This document shows, one piece after another, positions 35,161 to 48,370 of a stretch of DNA of 64,000 bases. A program made the position numbers and the translations under genes. A model generated the notes under the pieces. The model was given only the letters and a program-made list of their open reading frames with translations, was not told where the DNA came from and ran no database searches. Source of the stretch: Hydrolagus colliei. Taxonomy: Eukaryota. The stretch spans positions 14,322,001 to 14,386,000 of the forward strand of contig CM068756.1 of the NCBI GenBank assembly GCA_035084275.1, written 5' to 3'. Numbering within the stretch: position 1 is the stretch's first letter; every line of letters begins with the position of its first letter.

Positions 35161-36349
35161 AATTGTGCGTTTCAATTGTAACTCTAATCTCTCATCGGAT
35201 CTGCAGAGAAGGGGAGGGTTACATTTCCATCTATTATCTGTGTTTGTTTTCTGCGTTCTTCCATTGCCTCTTCCTTTTCATTCCTAAATTCACATTTATG
35301 AATTTAATATAATATAAGTAGCTATGTGTCTTTATAGCTGAAATATATAACTGAAGAAGCCACACTCTCACCGGGTTAAGATCAGTTTTGGGGAAAAAAT
35401 GGAACGGAAATTTACACTGGAGCACACTGAGAGCTAAAATAATCTTTGAATTAAACACAAAGATTTGATTCGTACAATATTGTGAATAACATTGTCCAAT
35501 GATTCCTGTTGAACCTGAGTGTGTTGTGTAGATTTCTATAAATGTATCTCTCAATGAATACAATACCAGTGTAACAACTGCATTAGATAAATAACTGAAT
35601 AAATACTAATAACCCTGTACACGTGATTGATTCGTGCGTATTTGCGCACAGTAATCGATAATAATAAAGTAAGTAAAAATACAAGTACAGTATATTACAG
35701 TAAGATAAGATCTGCCTCTCATGATTCAATCAGTTTTGACCCTGATAACAAGATGATCTGCATCAGCCCTTCACAAATGATTGACCACATTGTACGTTTC
35801 TGCGTCGTTTGACCCTCCTCTCTGGGAGGGTTCGGGAAATTGAGTTCATGTAATGAGTGTAATTCGTAAGTATACGTAATCATTAAAGCTACTTCAAGCT
35901 TCTGACTCAAGGTGAGAGGGGGTACCAAATGATCCAGCCTAATACCCAACACTGGGTTCACTTCACACTCCTCGGTAGCTTCAGTTGAGCTACTTGGACA
36001 TATTTGTAAATCAAATGACTACATATTATTAAAATACACATTGAATGGATTCCATTCCAATGCAGATAAAAGCGTAATTGATAGTTAAATCAGTTATATT
36101 GTTTACATTTAAACAATAACATCATGCCATATTATCAAGACAAACTCTAATATATTAAATCTGTGGAGCACCAACAACTCTGGACTTTAATATAAATGCG
36201 ACTCAATCAGGCAAAATAGTGCTCAGTAGCAATGTGTCAGGGAAATCAGATGTTGGATTGTCCTAAAGGGGCAATATTGAGCTAAAATATTGTCTTATAG
36301 CATCTGTCTTATAGCACAATCACAAAATCAGAGGAGCATGTAGGAAAGG

Positions 36350-38635
36350 TAAAGCAATAATAGTGGGTGATTTCAATCTTCACATAGATTGGGAAAACCA
36401 ATTTGGCAAAAGTAGGTTAGAGGAAGAGTTCATCGAGTGTATGAGAGACAGCTTTCTAGAGCAGCATGCTGAGGAACCAACTAGGGGACAGGCCATCCTA
36501 GACATTGTTTTGTGTAACGAAACAGGGCTAGTTGGCAATGTGGATATTAAAGCTCCTCTAAGGCAGAGTGATCACAACATGATTGAATTTTGTATTAAGT
36601 TAGAGAGGGATATGTTAAATCTGAGTTAAGTATTTTGAGTTTAAATAAGGCTAATTTTGTAGGTATGAGGAAAGATCTGGGTAAAATAGACTGGAGAATC
36701 AAATTAGGCGGTAGAACGGTAGACCAACAGTGGGAAATATTTTAGGATGTAGTACAGAATTCACAGAGGTTGCATATTCCCCTTCGGAATAAGAGTAACG
36801 CAGGGAAAGCAATTCTTCCTTGGCCAACTAGAGCAGTTAGGGAAAGTACCAAATTAAAAGAAAAAGCCGATAAAACTGCCAAGGAAAGCAGCAGATCTGA
36901 GGATTGGGAGAGTTTTAAGAACCAACACAAAATAACTAAAAAGTTCGTTAAGAGTGAAAAAATGGAGTATGAGGGCAAGTTAGCTAGGAACATTAAGTCA
37001 GATTGCAAAAGTTTTTATAAATATATTAAGAGGAATAGGCTAGTGAGAGTAAATGTAGGTCCACTTCAGGCAAAGACGGGAGAAGTTGTAATGGGGGATA
37101 GTGATATGGTGGAGTCCCTAAATGAACACTTTGCGTCTGTCTTCACCCTAGAAGGCACAACAAGTCTTCCAGCAATAGGGATACACAAAGGGGTAAATGA
37201 CAGGGAGCAGCTTAGGGAAGTCTTCATTAGCAGAGAATTGGTGCCAGGGAAACTGTTAGCACTAAAAAGTGACAAATCCCCTGGTCCAGTTGGCTTGCAT
37301 CCCAGGGTCTTAAAAGGGGTAGCGTTTGAGATTAGTGGGGGCCTTGTGTCTGATCTTCCAAAGTTCCTTGGATTCTGGAACAATCCCCATGGATTGGAAG
37401 ATTGCAAATGTCACACCACTATTTAAAAAGGGTGGAAAGGAAAAGATGGGGGACTATAGGCCAGTTAGTCTGACATCGGCGATAGGAAAATTTTTAGAAT
37501 CCTTGATTAAGGATGTTTTAGTGGGATATTTAGAGGAGCACGATATAATTAAGCCAACTCAACATTGCTTTACAAAAGGAAGTCATGCTTGACAAATCTC
37601 ATAGAATTGTTTGAGGATATTTCGAACAAACTAGGTAGGGGTGAATCAGTGGATTCACCACTATCTATTTGCACTTCCAGAAGGCATTCGATAAGGTGCC
37701 GCATAAAAGGTTGATCCAAAAGATAGGGGCTTACGGAATTGGGGGGAACATATTAACATGGATTAGGGAATGGTTAATGGGTAGGAAACAAAGAGTAGGG
37801 ATAAACGGGTCTTTCTCAGATTGGCAGGATGTGACTAGTGGAGTGCCACAAGGATCAGTCCTTGGGCCTCAGCTATTTACCATCTACATCAATGATCTAG
37901 ATAAGGACATCGAGCTTAATATATCTAAATTTGCTGATGATACGAAACTAGGAGGAAGCATTAATACCAAGGAGGACATTAGAAAAAATGCAGACAATTA
38001 GGAAGGCTAATGGTATGTTAGCTTTCATTATGAAAGGGTTGAGTAGGGAAGTCTTGCTGCAGCTGCATAGGGTCCTGGTGAGATCACACCTGGAATACTA
38101 TGTGCAGTTTTGGTCTCTTATTTAAGAAAGGATGTACTTGCCTTGGAGGGAGTGCAGCGTAGGTTTATTAGGTTAGTACCTGGAATGAGAGGGATGAGTT
38201 ATGAAGATAGGTTGATTAATTTGAGCCTATATTCTCTGGAATATAGAAGAATTAGAGGGGATCTTATAGAAATCTATAAGATTATTAAGGGGCACGACAA
38301 AGTAGATAGTGGGAGATTGTTTCCCCTGGTTGGAGAATCTGAAACCAGGGGTCACAGTCTTAAAATTAGGGGTCAGTCCTTTCACACTGAGTTGAGAAAA
38401 AACGTCTTCACTCAGAGGGTGGTGAATGTATGGAATTCTTTACCCCAAAGGGCTGTTGATGCTCAGTCCTTGAACATATTCAAGACTGAGTTAAATAGAT
38501 TTCTCATTTATAAAGCAATTAAGGGATATGGGGATAAGGCAGGCAGCTGGAGTTAGAGTAGAATATTAGCCATGATTGAATGGCAGGGCAGGCTCGATGG
38601 GCGAATGGCCTACTCCTGCTTTTATGTTCTTATCT
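36350..38635 (+). mobile_element. CR1 LINE, 5'-truncated ORF2 (late APE through RT), frameshifted
   Basis: GDFN...[31 protein letters not shown] motifs; CR1 tail ctactcctgct...atgttcttat. Confidence 0.92.
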
Positions 38636-39329
38636 TCTTACAGAGGAAGGAAACCAATTTAATTGAGGGGATGGAGGGACTCAACTGCAAGCGTGGGCAT
38701 ATTCAAGCTGGAGACGAGAAGGTTGAGGAGGATGTTTATGGTCGTTAATGAAGGGACTAGGACAGCAACAAAATTAGGCTTGTTTCTTGCCTTTCACCTC
38801 AGGAGGACGTCCCAATGTGCTGGTCAGTCATTGTTTCAGACCTGAGCTGGACTTGGAGATGGGGAATGTGGAGAAAAAGGGATCAGCTCTTTTTTTATCG
38901 TACACTGAAGAGTAGAACCAAATGACAAAACCTGGGGGAGGGGGTTGGGGAGGAGTTCAATTCAAATCAAGCCTACAGACACACTACTTCAAAGAGTGAG
39001 TAATAAATTTACTTCCACTTCAAATATTCCTATGTTCTCAAATTATCACAAAATTTTTTGCTGTTACCAATATTTCAGGTAAATCGTAAAATATATCTAG
39101 AAATATGTCTCAACTAAAAGATTAGATGCATTTGATAGATTCCACATATTCTAGACACTGCTTTCCCCGAGAGCATAGATAATCAATGACTGACCATAAT
39201 ACCACAATTACATTCAATGAACATTTTATTTATTGCAATTCAAAATGAGAAATCAAAGCTATAATGTTAATTTATAATGTACAATACACAGAACTTCACT
39301 TGCAATTTTGGTATTACAGATATCAACAA

Positions 39330-40195
39330 GACGGAGGCCGTCCTGATTGGCTCACGTCAGCTCCTCCACACCTCAGGCGCTGAGACATCAGCATTCAAGG
39401 CTGCTCTCTCCACCTGTTGAAGCCAATCAGGAATCTGAGCGTCTTGGTCGACCCCGAACTATTCTTCCTCCCCCACATTCGCTCCATGACCAGCATAGCC
39501 TTCCATCACCTCCGCAATATTGCCAGACTCCGCCACTAACTCACACAACTCCCCCCACCACACATGCCCCCCCATCACCCCGCCGAAGCTCTCATCCACG
39601 CCTTTATCACTTCCAGGCTCGACTATGGGAACTCTCTCCTTGTTTGCCTTCTCAGCTCCTCCCTTCACAGGCTGCAGATCATTCAGAACTCCTCAGCTCG
39701 TGTACTCTCCCGTACCAGGGTTCGCGACCACACCTCTCCCACCCTCGCCCGTCTCCACCGACTCCCTGTCACCCAGAGGATCAAATTCAAGATCCTCGTC
39801 CTCACTTTCAAGGCCATTCACAGCCTTGCCCCCGCCTATCTCGCTGACCTACTGTCTCCCTATCAGCCTGCCCACACCCTCCGTTCAGCAGACTCAGGCC
39901 TGCTCCGCGTCCACCGCCCTAACCGCGCAATCATTGGCGGCCGGGCTTTCAGCCTCTCTGCCCCCAAACTGTGGAACTCCATCCCACTGAACCTCCACCT
40001 CAAACCCTCTTTTGCTTCCATCAAGGGCAATCTCAAGTCCCTTGTCTTTTACCGTGCTTTTACCACTGTCCTTGCACCCAGCGCTCCACCCTCCCTAACC
40101 TCAACCTCAGCCTGGATGAAAAGCACCGACTATCTCGTACCTTTGTATGTCCTTCTGATGAAATAGACACCTCACAATTGTAATTTTGTTGTTGC
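39330..40195 (+). mobile_element. L2 LINE 3' fragment
   Basis: AFITSRLDYGNSLL...RIKFKILVLTFKA motif. Confidence 0.88.
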
Positions 40196-41759
40196 TGTTG
40201 TTCTATCCTATTTGCACATCCTGGAGCACATTAATTTATTCACTCTCTCATCTTATGAATAAATTTGGCACCATTTCAGTGGTGATTATTGATTAATACC
40301 TGTGATCTTTAAGTACCTTGTATAAATGGGCCTTATTTACATGTGATTTTATCCCATGGCAATACTCAAAATGTGCAGTATTTTCTTGTTCCTGGCCAAC
40401 AATTGCAGCCAAATAATTTTCGATTCCTTTCACGGCTGTTTGTCATTCCTGTATACAATTGGCCTATAATTGGTAGGGTGTGAGTTCTGAAAGGGTGAGA
40501 TCAGATAGGCCAAAGGGTTTTCTTCAACAAACCCAAACTAATGATATATATATGTTTTTAAAAGGCGTAGCCATTAAACAGAAACTAGTGTACACAAAAC
40601 ACATGCAGCTACAGTATCACCTCATGTAAAAACAAAACCAGAAATAGCTGGGAACACTCAGCAGGTGAGGCAGTGTCCATGGAGAATGGAAAAGTGTTTT
40701 TCCTTTCTCCATAGATGCTGCCTGACCTGCTGAGTGTTGCCACCAATTTCTGTTTTTTGGTTCAGATTTCCAGCATTTGCAGTACAGGTATTTTGTGTTT
40801 TTGTTCAGCAAGAATTTGTGGTTCCATAATGCATGTGATATTGCAGGGCCGTACGCAGGATTTTTTTTGGGGGGGTGCGAATTGCTAGTGATGGGACCAA
40901 CAATGGCCGGGGGTTTGCGGGCTGCCCCCGAAGCCCCCTCGAGGCTCCGACGTTTTACACAGTTTGAGGTCTTATTTAATCGGTTCAGAAGATCTAATAT
41001 GAACGGTAAATGTTTCATGCCCTTGGTGTTTAAGAGCATCATTATTTATTCAGTGTTTATATTTTCCCCGGTAGTCCGTGTCTAATTGGGAAGGTCGAAT
41101 GTGTTCGCCGATAAAAGCAAACACGATTGTTGACTCGATGATGTAAGGAATGCGAACGATAAAGTAAATTACAATCCAATTAACACAGTACAATGACGAA
41201 TGCTTGATAAATGTAGGCGTATAGAGAAAATGATCATAAACTACAGATTGACGGTAATTAATAAGTTGTTCTGCATTGTTATCCTAAGACTAAATTTCTT
41301 TCGGACTGTAATGAACAATAATGTAAGAGTAAAGTATGAATGATGTGCTCAGATATTCCAGCAAAGCAAATTTTATAAAAGACAAGAAAATATACAGAAA
41401 CTGAAAATCAGTGTCAAACAGTTAATTCACACGTGTTACAAGCCTGTTATCAGCATTATCCTGAAAATATCGTTGAACTGTGAGCAATAGTGTAGTTAGT
41501 TTTTATTTATTTATTTAGAATCAAAATTAAAGGCATCAAGCAATACTGATCTGACGAAAAAATACTTGAAAAAATAAGGGAGGGGAAATTAATTCTTTAA
41601 TAGCGTTCCGTATTCGAGACGCCTCGGTCGCTTTGAAGCCAATACGTCAACCGCTCTACCAATATCGATTTCCATATTATAATGAATGTGCATTAACGCG
41701 AGGGCTGAAAGTCGCTCCTATACGGAGCAGAATACTGGACACTTAGGCAAACCTCGACC

Positions 41760-42030
41760 AGGAGATTAGGTGACTCGTGAGGTATATATCAGGCTTCTAA
41801 GAGACGCCCTGCACGTTTACTGGCGACAGCATCTGACAAATAGTGAGCTATATGGTACACCACCACACTGGTATCACAGACATTACCGCAGAGGCGTCTT
41901 AGGTTTAGCGGACATAGCTGGAGAAGCCGGGAGGAAACTGTCCATAGTGCTACTATCCTATGGGAACCATTGCACGGTCACAGAACACGAGGTAGACCGA
42001 CCCTAACCTACCTCGCTACATGAAATGCAC
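41760..42030 (+). mobile_element. RTE-like LINE 3' fragment
   Basis: YIRLLRDALHVYWRQHLTNSELYG...; shares tatgggaaccattgcacgg...gaggtagaccg with 53065-53270. Confidence 0.65.
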
Positions 42031-42369
42031 GGATTATATTATTATTCAAAGAGAGAAAGAGTGACTTTCAGAGGAGTCACGTTGAAGAGATTTGTGTAGG
42101 AAGAGCTGTTGCTTTGCAGACTCGACTGCACCTGTCCTTTATATCCCGCTGGTGTGAGGCAGCAGTTCTGGGGACCTCAACTCTAACAGGTGCAGGTTAA
42201 CAATCCTTTAAGTTATAGCCAATTACGTGACACTGCCCACAAACCCTGAAAAGAAATCTCAGTTGTCAATCAGTCAGATATGCAACCTCGACCTTGGGAA
42301 TGTCTTCAGATTCAGAGGCACTGAGTAGGAGGGAAAGAAAGTTTCCCACAGGTGATAGAAGACAGCAGC

Positions 42370-42790
42370 ATCACCTGGCGAGTCGCCTGGCACAGTGAAT
42401 AGCACTCTGGCCTCTGAGTCAGAAAGTTGTGGGTTCAATCCCCACGTCGGCACTCGGTATCACACAGAGGAAGCTGACACTTCAATGTGGTGCTGTGGGG
42501 GGGGGGGGGGGGGGTTAGAGGCTGTTCTTTTGGTTGAGATGCTGAACCGAGGTCTGATCCGTCTGTTTAGATGGATGTGAAAAGATCCTCTGACACTACT
42601 CGAAAAGCGGAGGGAAGTCTCTCTCCTGTTGTCCTGGCCAACAAACGCCCCCAAATAAAATCGGTGACTCACTCCATCGGTGTTTGTGGGACAATCCTGG
42701 GCAAAAACTGGCCACTTTACAGTACGTTCTGTGAAGCGCTCTGAGCTGTCTCGACAGTGTACTAAGGCACTATTATCAATTGCTAACATT
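42370..42790 (+). mobile_element. Deu-domain type SINE
   Basis: tRNA-like head (gcctctgagtcagaaagttgtgggttcaatccc), central gatggatgtgaaaagatcc...gtcctggccaa, and L2-like tail. Confidence 0.75.
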
Positions 42791-43615
42791 ATCAGATTAA
42801 AATACGATTTCAGCTTCCACAAAGTGGTGCTACCTTTTTATGTAGTGACTTTATACGGGATGATTTCCGATTGACACACCACGTGGAATAGGCGCTAAAG
42901 CATTAGGCCTACGTCCATGAGTATTTTTTTTAAAGATAGGCATTCCCGTCCAGACACATATAACTTTTTTGTTGGGTTCTCAAAAGCTTTAATTTCTCAG
43001 AAGCTTGTAAATATGTTGTCATTGTTTGCTAGCATTACAGTCACACCTCTCAAAACTTGAGTCATTTTTACTTACGGTGATCAGATGAAAAGATGATTTT
43101 AACTCCAGAATTGGTGCTGTCCTTGTGGCTGTTTACGGGATGATTTCCAAACGAGGATTTGAGTCTTGGCGCCTATGTTTATCCAATCACGAGTCACAGA
43201 CTCGCCGCGTCATGGACTGGTCTATCGACGCGGTATGTTTTGGGGAGACGCCGATTCTGGTGCGCGACTCGATAATTTTATATTAATACTAAATCATTCA
43301 AAGATGTGTGTTTATAATTTATACATAGTTTTGAAGAACTGATTGTTGCACAAATGTTCAATAAATTTACTTGGTATTTAAATTTGATAAAAAAATGCAA
43401 TTCTCTACCCCGAAAAATGTGGACCTTTTATAATTTGGGGGGGGTGCGTACGCACCCGTCGCACTCCCCCTGCGTACGGCCTTGTATTGTGCACATTAGT
43501 TACAGCCAATTTCTTACAAAAGGTACAGCCTAATTGATGGAAAATAATAATAACACATTCTCTATATATATTCTGAGAGAATGAAGTGCTTGTAGTGGAA
43601 TTATGCTTTTACCTT

Positions 43616-44236
43616 TGTTGGAGATCCAATATCTCTCTCTCTTAACTTAGAAATAAGGTTACGGCCAGCCTTTATTCTTTGTTAAGTCAGATTCTTTATT
43701 TGGGTATAACAAAAGTTGGCACTAAGGTTAGATAACATACTCTACTCTATCACAGTTATAGTAATATACTACCCGGCGGGGTCTTTACTTTCACTCTTGT
43801 TGATCTGGGCGGTCTGCTGTCTCACTTACAGCTCTTCCTTCAATCGTACACACGGGCCTGGTTCAGCTCTGCTCGTATACCAAGAGGGACGAAGAAGAGA
43901 CCGAATGACCGCATGTCTTGCCCTTATAACCCTTTGCGCCCTTCCCCGACCTTCACGTGCACATCTCATGGACAATGCTCTTCCTCCAATCATTCCCGAC
44001 TATGCCCTCCAGGCAGGTGCGTGATCCTGCAGGGTCTTCGTGCCCGAAAGTTACAATGTTCACACTCCACCCTCATGGCGTTTGCACACCGCTCTCCCTT
44101 TTCCTCCTGTCTCTCAGGTCACGTGAGGGGCGTATGGTCAACTCAGCTCTCCAATCCCAGCACTCTTCAAGACAAAACCCCGCCTTTGCTAATCCACCAC
44201 ATGCCACAACACCAAATTTGAACTCACATCACAACA
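43616..44236 (-). repeat. LTR type A (3' LTR of provirus 1), 621 bp
   Basis: Nearly identical to 54741-55361 in reverse complement; preceded on minus by PPT ggcatcaaggtggggac; outer flank aagg. Confidence 0.93.
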
Positions 44237-44384
44237 GTCCCCACCTTGATGCCGAATTAACAAGAGGCATCATAACTACATAACGAATTAACAAGAGGCA
44301 TCATAACTACATAACGAAACATAACGAATTAACAAGAGGCATCATAACTACTTAATAAGACGCACAAACTCATACGCAGCCGTC

Positions 44385-44932
44385 TCAGGTGTCTTGGTGA
44401 CAGGGGACACCGGGACAGGAATCACAGATACCCTCCCCACTCCGATTAAAACATCGGTCACCTGGTGTTATGTGGACATGAACTGAGGGTGGATTGTTGT
44501 TGGTATGGAATTTGCGCGTGTATATTGTCGTTGTGTTGCCAGGTGCACAGCCGGCCTCCAAGCTTATGTAAAAACCCGTCGGCCCCATACTTCTCCCAAT
44601 CACTATTGCAGTAAATGGAATTGCTAGCATTGGAAACCCGTCCTTCACTGTGGGGAATCTGAGCACACACCCAACATTTAGATTTGTTAAGTGTCTGAGC
44701 TGATTTATGCGCTGTTAGGAGGAAGGTATTCCTCCCCGGATACCCACTCATACCCCAACTCATCAGCAGTAGTATTCCCATAATCGTCTGGATACCTAGC
44801 CACTTCCCAGGGCCATATCTGGGGTAAATTGGACCCTTCGCAGTTAGCGTCTCTTCCTCCCCCTTGGAACTCCGATTCCGTGCTCCGAAGGCATCGAACT
44901 TGTGCCACCACCGCCTGGATCAAGGATGACAC
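44385..44932 (-). pseudogene. env: env SU N-terminal remnant (frameshifted, TM part absent)
   Basis: NTFLLTAHKSAQTLNKSKCWVCAQIPHSEG then, after a shift, GFPMLAIPFT. Resembles the CWVC...P..GLP..AIP motif of fish/amphibian ERV envelopes; lies between IN and the PPT. Confidence 0.6.
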
Positions 44933-47900
44933 CTGTTAACTCTCCAGTATTAACATCCAAAACCTCCACCATCTGTGCCAATTTCAGTTGGTTAATATGA
45001 CACCATTTCAGGGGTTTAACCTGTGACCCTGGATTATGCACCAAATAAACCGCTGGACTGGCTTTCTCTATTATTTCGAAGGGTCCCTTCCATTTAGGCT
45101 CAAAGGTGTCCCTTCTCCCGTAATATCGAACCATCACTGAGTCCCCTATCGCTATTTCCTGGCATTTGACCCCTTTGTTGTAATATTTGCGCATAAATGC
45201 CTTTGACTTCCCTGTCTGTTGGGCAACGAACTGGTTAGTGTTTTGAATTGTCTGTAGCATCGTCCTAAGCCAAGTCTCCTCCGCTGCGCCCTGTAGAACA
45301 ATATTCCCTTTCTCCTGCTCCAAAGCCTCCTTTGTCATCACCATTGTGCATCCTGGGAGTCGCATGAGTCTCCCCGTCATAGCCTGATACGGTGAAATCC
45401 CTGTAGTGGAATGGGGCGTGGCCCGCATGGCCATCAAACACATTGGCAGCCCAAGTACCCATTGCAACGGGTGGTCTGCACAGAATTTTGACGTAGGAGT
45501 TTTAGTGTTTGATTTGATCTTTCTACGACTCCCGAGGACTGTGGATGATAGGCAATGTGTTTATGATGGTCAATTTCCATCATTTTCAGGAGTTGACTAA
45601 AAACTTCTCCAATGAAATGTGGACCCTGATCGCTATCCAACACCTCTGATATACCCCACCTGCAAAGCACCTCCCTCAAAAGAACTCGCGCAGCAGTCAA
45701 TGCGGTGGCATTTTTGGTGGGGAATGCCTCAATCCATTTAGTGAAGCTGTCAATTATCACTATGCAATACCGAAACCCGCCTGCTGTTGGTGGCAAAGGG
45801 CCAATTAAGTCTACCTGGACACTCGACCAAGGGCCTGAGGGGGGTGGTGCGCATCCGAGTAGTGCTCTTTTAACACCCGGTGTAGGGTTGTGTTGCAAGC
45901 AGACAATACATCGCGCACATCGATCGTGAACATCTTCTCCAATACCAGGCCACCACATGGAACTTTGTATCTTGGCAACTGTTTTTGAGACTCCGAAGTG
46001 GCCGCCTGTTGCATTAGAATGGTACAATGTAAATACCGCATCAGCACATGATGGGGGCACACATAAGACTGCAGGTGAGGTGTTCCCAAAGTGACGCATA
46101 AGAAGAGGTGTAGTGCTAGAGTCTGCACTGGCGGGAGTATATATTGAGGTATGTCGAAACCAGTCGTTTTGAGGCGGCGTAATATCTATATCGTCCAATA
46201 CGGAATCCACATGGTAACATATGGCTTCTACGTAGGGCGGGTAAGTCGCTTGCAAAGTAGTCAAATCGTCCATTGTGGGGTAAGTGTTTATTGCTGAAAC
46301 AAATGTTGACAAGGGGACTTCCCACAATGTACCAGTAGTGGTAGCGTTCTTCGCCGCTGTATCTGCCTCCGCATTGCCCTCCGCATGGCCCTCCGCATGG
46401 CCCTCCGCATGAACACCGGTACGTTGATGGGCGGGCACTTTCCCAATATGAATTGGTGATGAGCGTGTAAGTAGCAGTTCTGACAGTGTCCGCAAAAGCG
46501 AAGCGTGGCACAAGTGTTTGCCACTTGATGTTTTGAAACCCCTGCTCGAGTAAAGGGGTAGTAGAAGTACAGTATTGACAACATATGCGCTATCAGACCA
46601 GATATTGGCTGATATGTCTTTAGTCCTTGTCACTGCCTCCGTCAACGCAGCCAATTCCGCATATTGAGCCGAATGAGGAGTGCACTGGAATCCGGATACA
46701 GCATCAGGATATACCACCGCGAAACCTGTATGTGGTTTCCCATGAATGTAGTATGACGAACCATCAATGTATACCTCGATTGGTGAAACGCCAGCAAAGG
46801 ATTCTAGAGGAATCGGATCCACTCCGTTAGGCCCGAAAGATGTATTCGGTAAAGGGCAAGTATGAATATCCCCGGCGTACAGCAGCATCTGTGGTAGCAA
46901 AGTCGTGGGTTTTGCGACGACGGAAAGATTAGTGGATGTCAAAGCCAGCGCCCATTGAGTGAGTCGGTGTGAGGAAACGAGGGTAGTCCCAGGGTTCGTC
47001 AACAATTTAACAGATGTGTGAGGAGAGTGTAAAATTATCCTTTGTAGGCCTGTCACGTATCTGAAAGAATCCACGGCCCAACAGACAGCCAACAAGTGTT
47101 TTTCGCAATCCAAAAACTGTACCTCCACTCCTGTTAATATGCGAGAGATGAACGAAATAGGTGCAAGACGCCCATTCACTGGTTGAGTTAATACAGCCGC
47201 TAGAGACTGATCCGTCGAAGCCACCTCGATATGGAAAGGAATCTCGGGCTGAGGATGTATGAGGGCAATAGCTTGAATTGACGCCTGTTTGAGAGCATCG
47301 ACTGTGTGTTCTGGTTTCCAGACCGCTCGGAGGTCGTCCTCAATGTCCGACTTAACCAGGGAATACAGTGGCTTTGCCTCCTCCGCAAACTGTGGAATGA
47401 ATTGACGTTGATATCCCACCAGTCCGAGGAACGATCGCAGAGCTGTTTTTGTCACGGGGATGGGCAGTCTCTGTATCACCGATATCTTATGTGGGTCCGG
47501 GCGTAAGCCGGATGAGTCGAGTTGGACACCAAGGAAGGTGACCGGCGTCTCTGCGAATTTCACTTTATTGGGGTTCAGTTTAAGTCCCGCTTTTGCCAAC
47601 GCTTGAACGACGCCGAACACTACCGCCTTATGCTCTTCCAACGATGGTGAGGCAATCAGAATGTCATCCACATACTGGAGTACCCGAGACGTGGTAGGCA
47701 CCACTACAGAATCCAAGGCGCGAACCATTCGAAGGTGAAATATGGTCGGCGAGTTATGGAATCCCTGAGGCAGTACATTCCACGTATATTGTTGGTCTTC
47801 GAAGGTGAATGCAAATTTGTGTTGGTCAGCCTCGTTAATTGGGACGCTCCAAAATCCATTCGAAATATCCAATGTTGAGTAAATACAGGAGTCAATAGGA

Positions 47901-48370
47901 ATGTCTTTGAGAAGGGTACTCATGTCACTGACGAGGGGTGTGCACACGGGAGTAACAGAGTTTAAACGTCTGTAATCAATAGTCAAGCGCCAAGAACCAT
48001 CCGGTTTCTTGACTGGCCAAATCGGGGAGTTGGTCGTAAAGAGGCCTTTCCTGATTACTCCCTGTTCTAGTAGACTCTCAATGGTGACGGCGAGAGCCGG
48101 ACCCGCTTCCGAGGGAATCCGATACTGTTTGCACGGGGAATGTGTATGTCCATTAATCTCCTCACGTTGTTTAAGATGCCCACAGTCATGCTTGTGTTTT
48201 GCAAGGACGTCGGGGAACAGCGATAGCATTGCTTCAACCCAAGGTTGGGGATGTTGGAAAGGGGTACACAGAATGGCAATCCAGTCCTGCTCGGCTGCCT
48301 GTGTCAACTTCACCAATAGGGTGTAACCACAAACAGGTGTTTGTATAATCCAGCACTGCTCCCCTGTCAT
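44844..48370 (-). pseudogene. pol: pol: RT, tether RNase H, RNase H, integrase
   Basis: WRLTIDYR, LDISNGFWS, LPQGFHNSP, YVDD; second RH (YIDGSS...AQYAEL...SDS); HHCC zinc finger, D-D-E core and GPF module. Frameshift near 45450. Confidence 0.93.

Larger units (their letters stand above)
40844..43484. mobile_element. hAT-type DNA transposon, internally deleted copy 1 (hosts an RTE fragment and a SINE)
   Basis: 16-bp TIRs cagggccgtacgcagg / cctgcgtacggccttg; tattg on both flanks. Internal sequence shared with the transposase-bearing copy 2. Confidence 0.85.
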
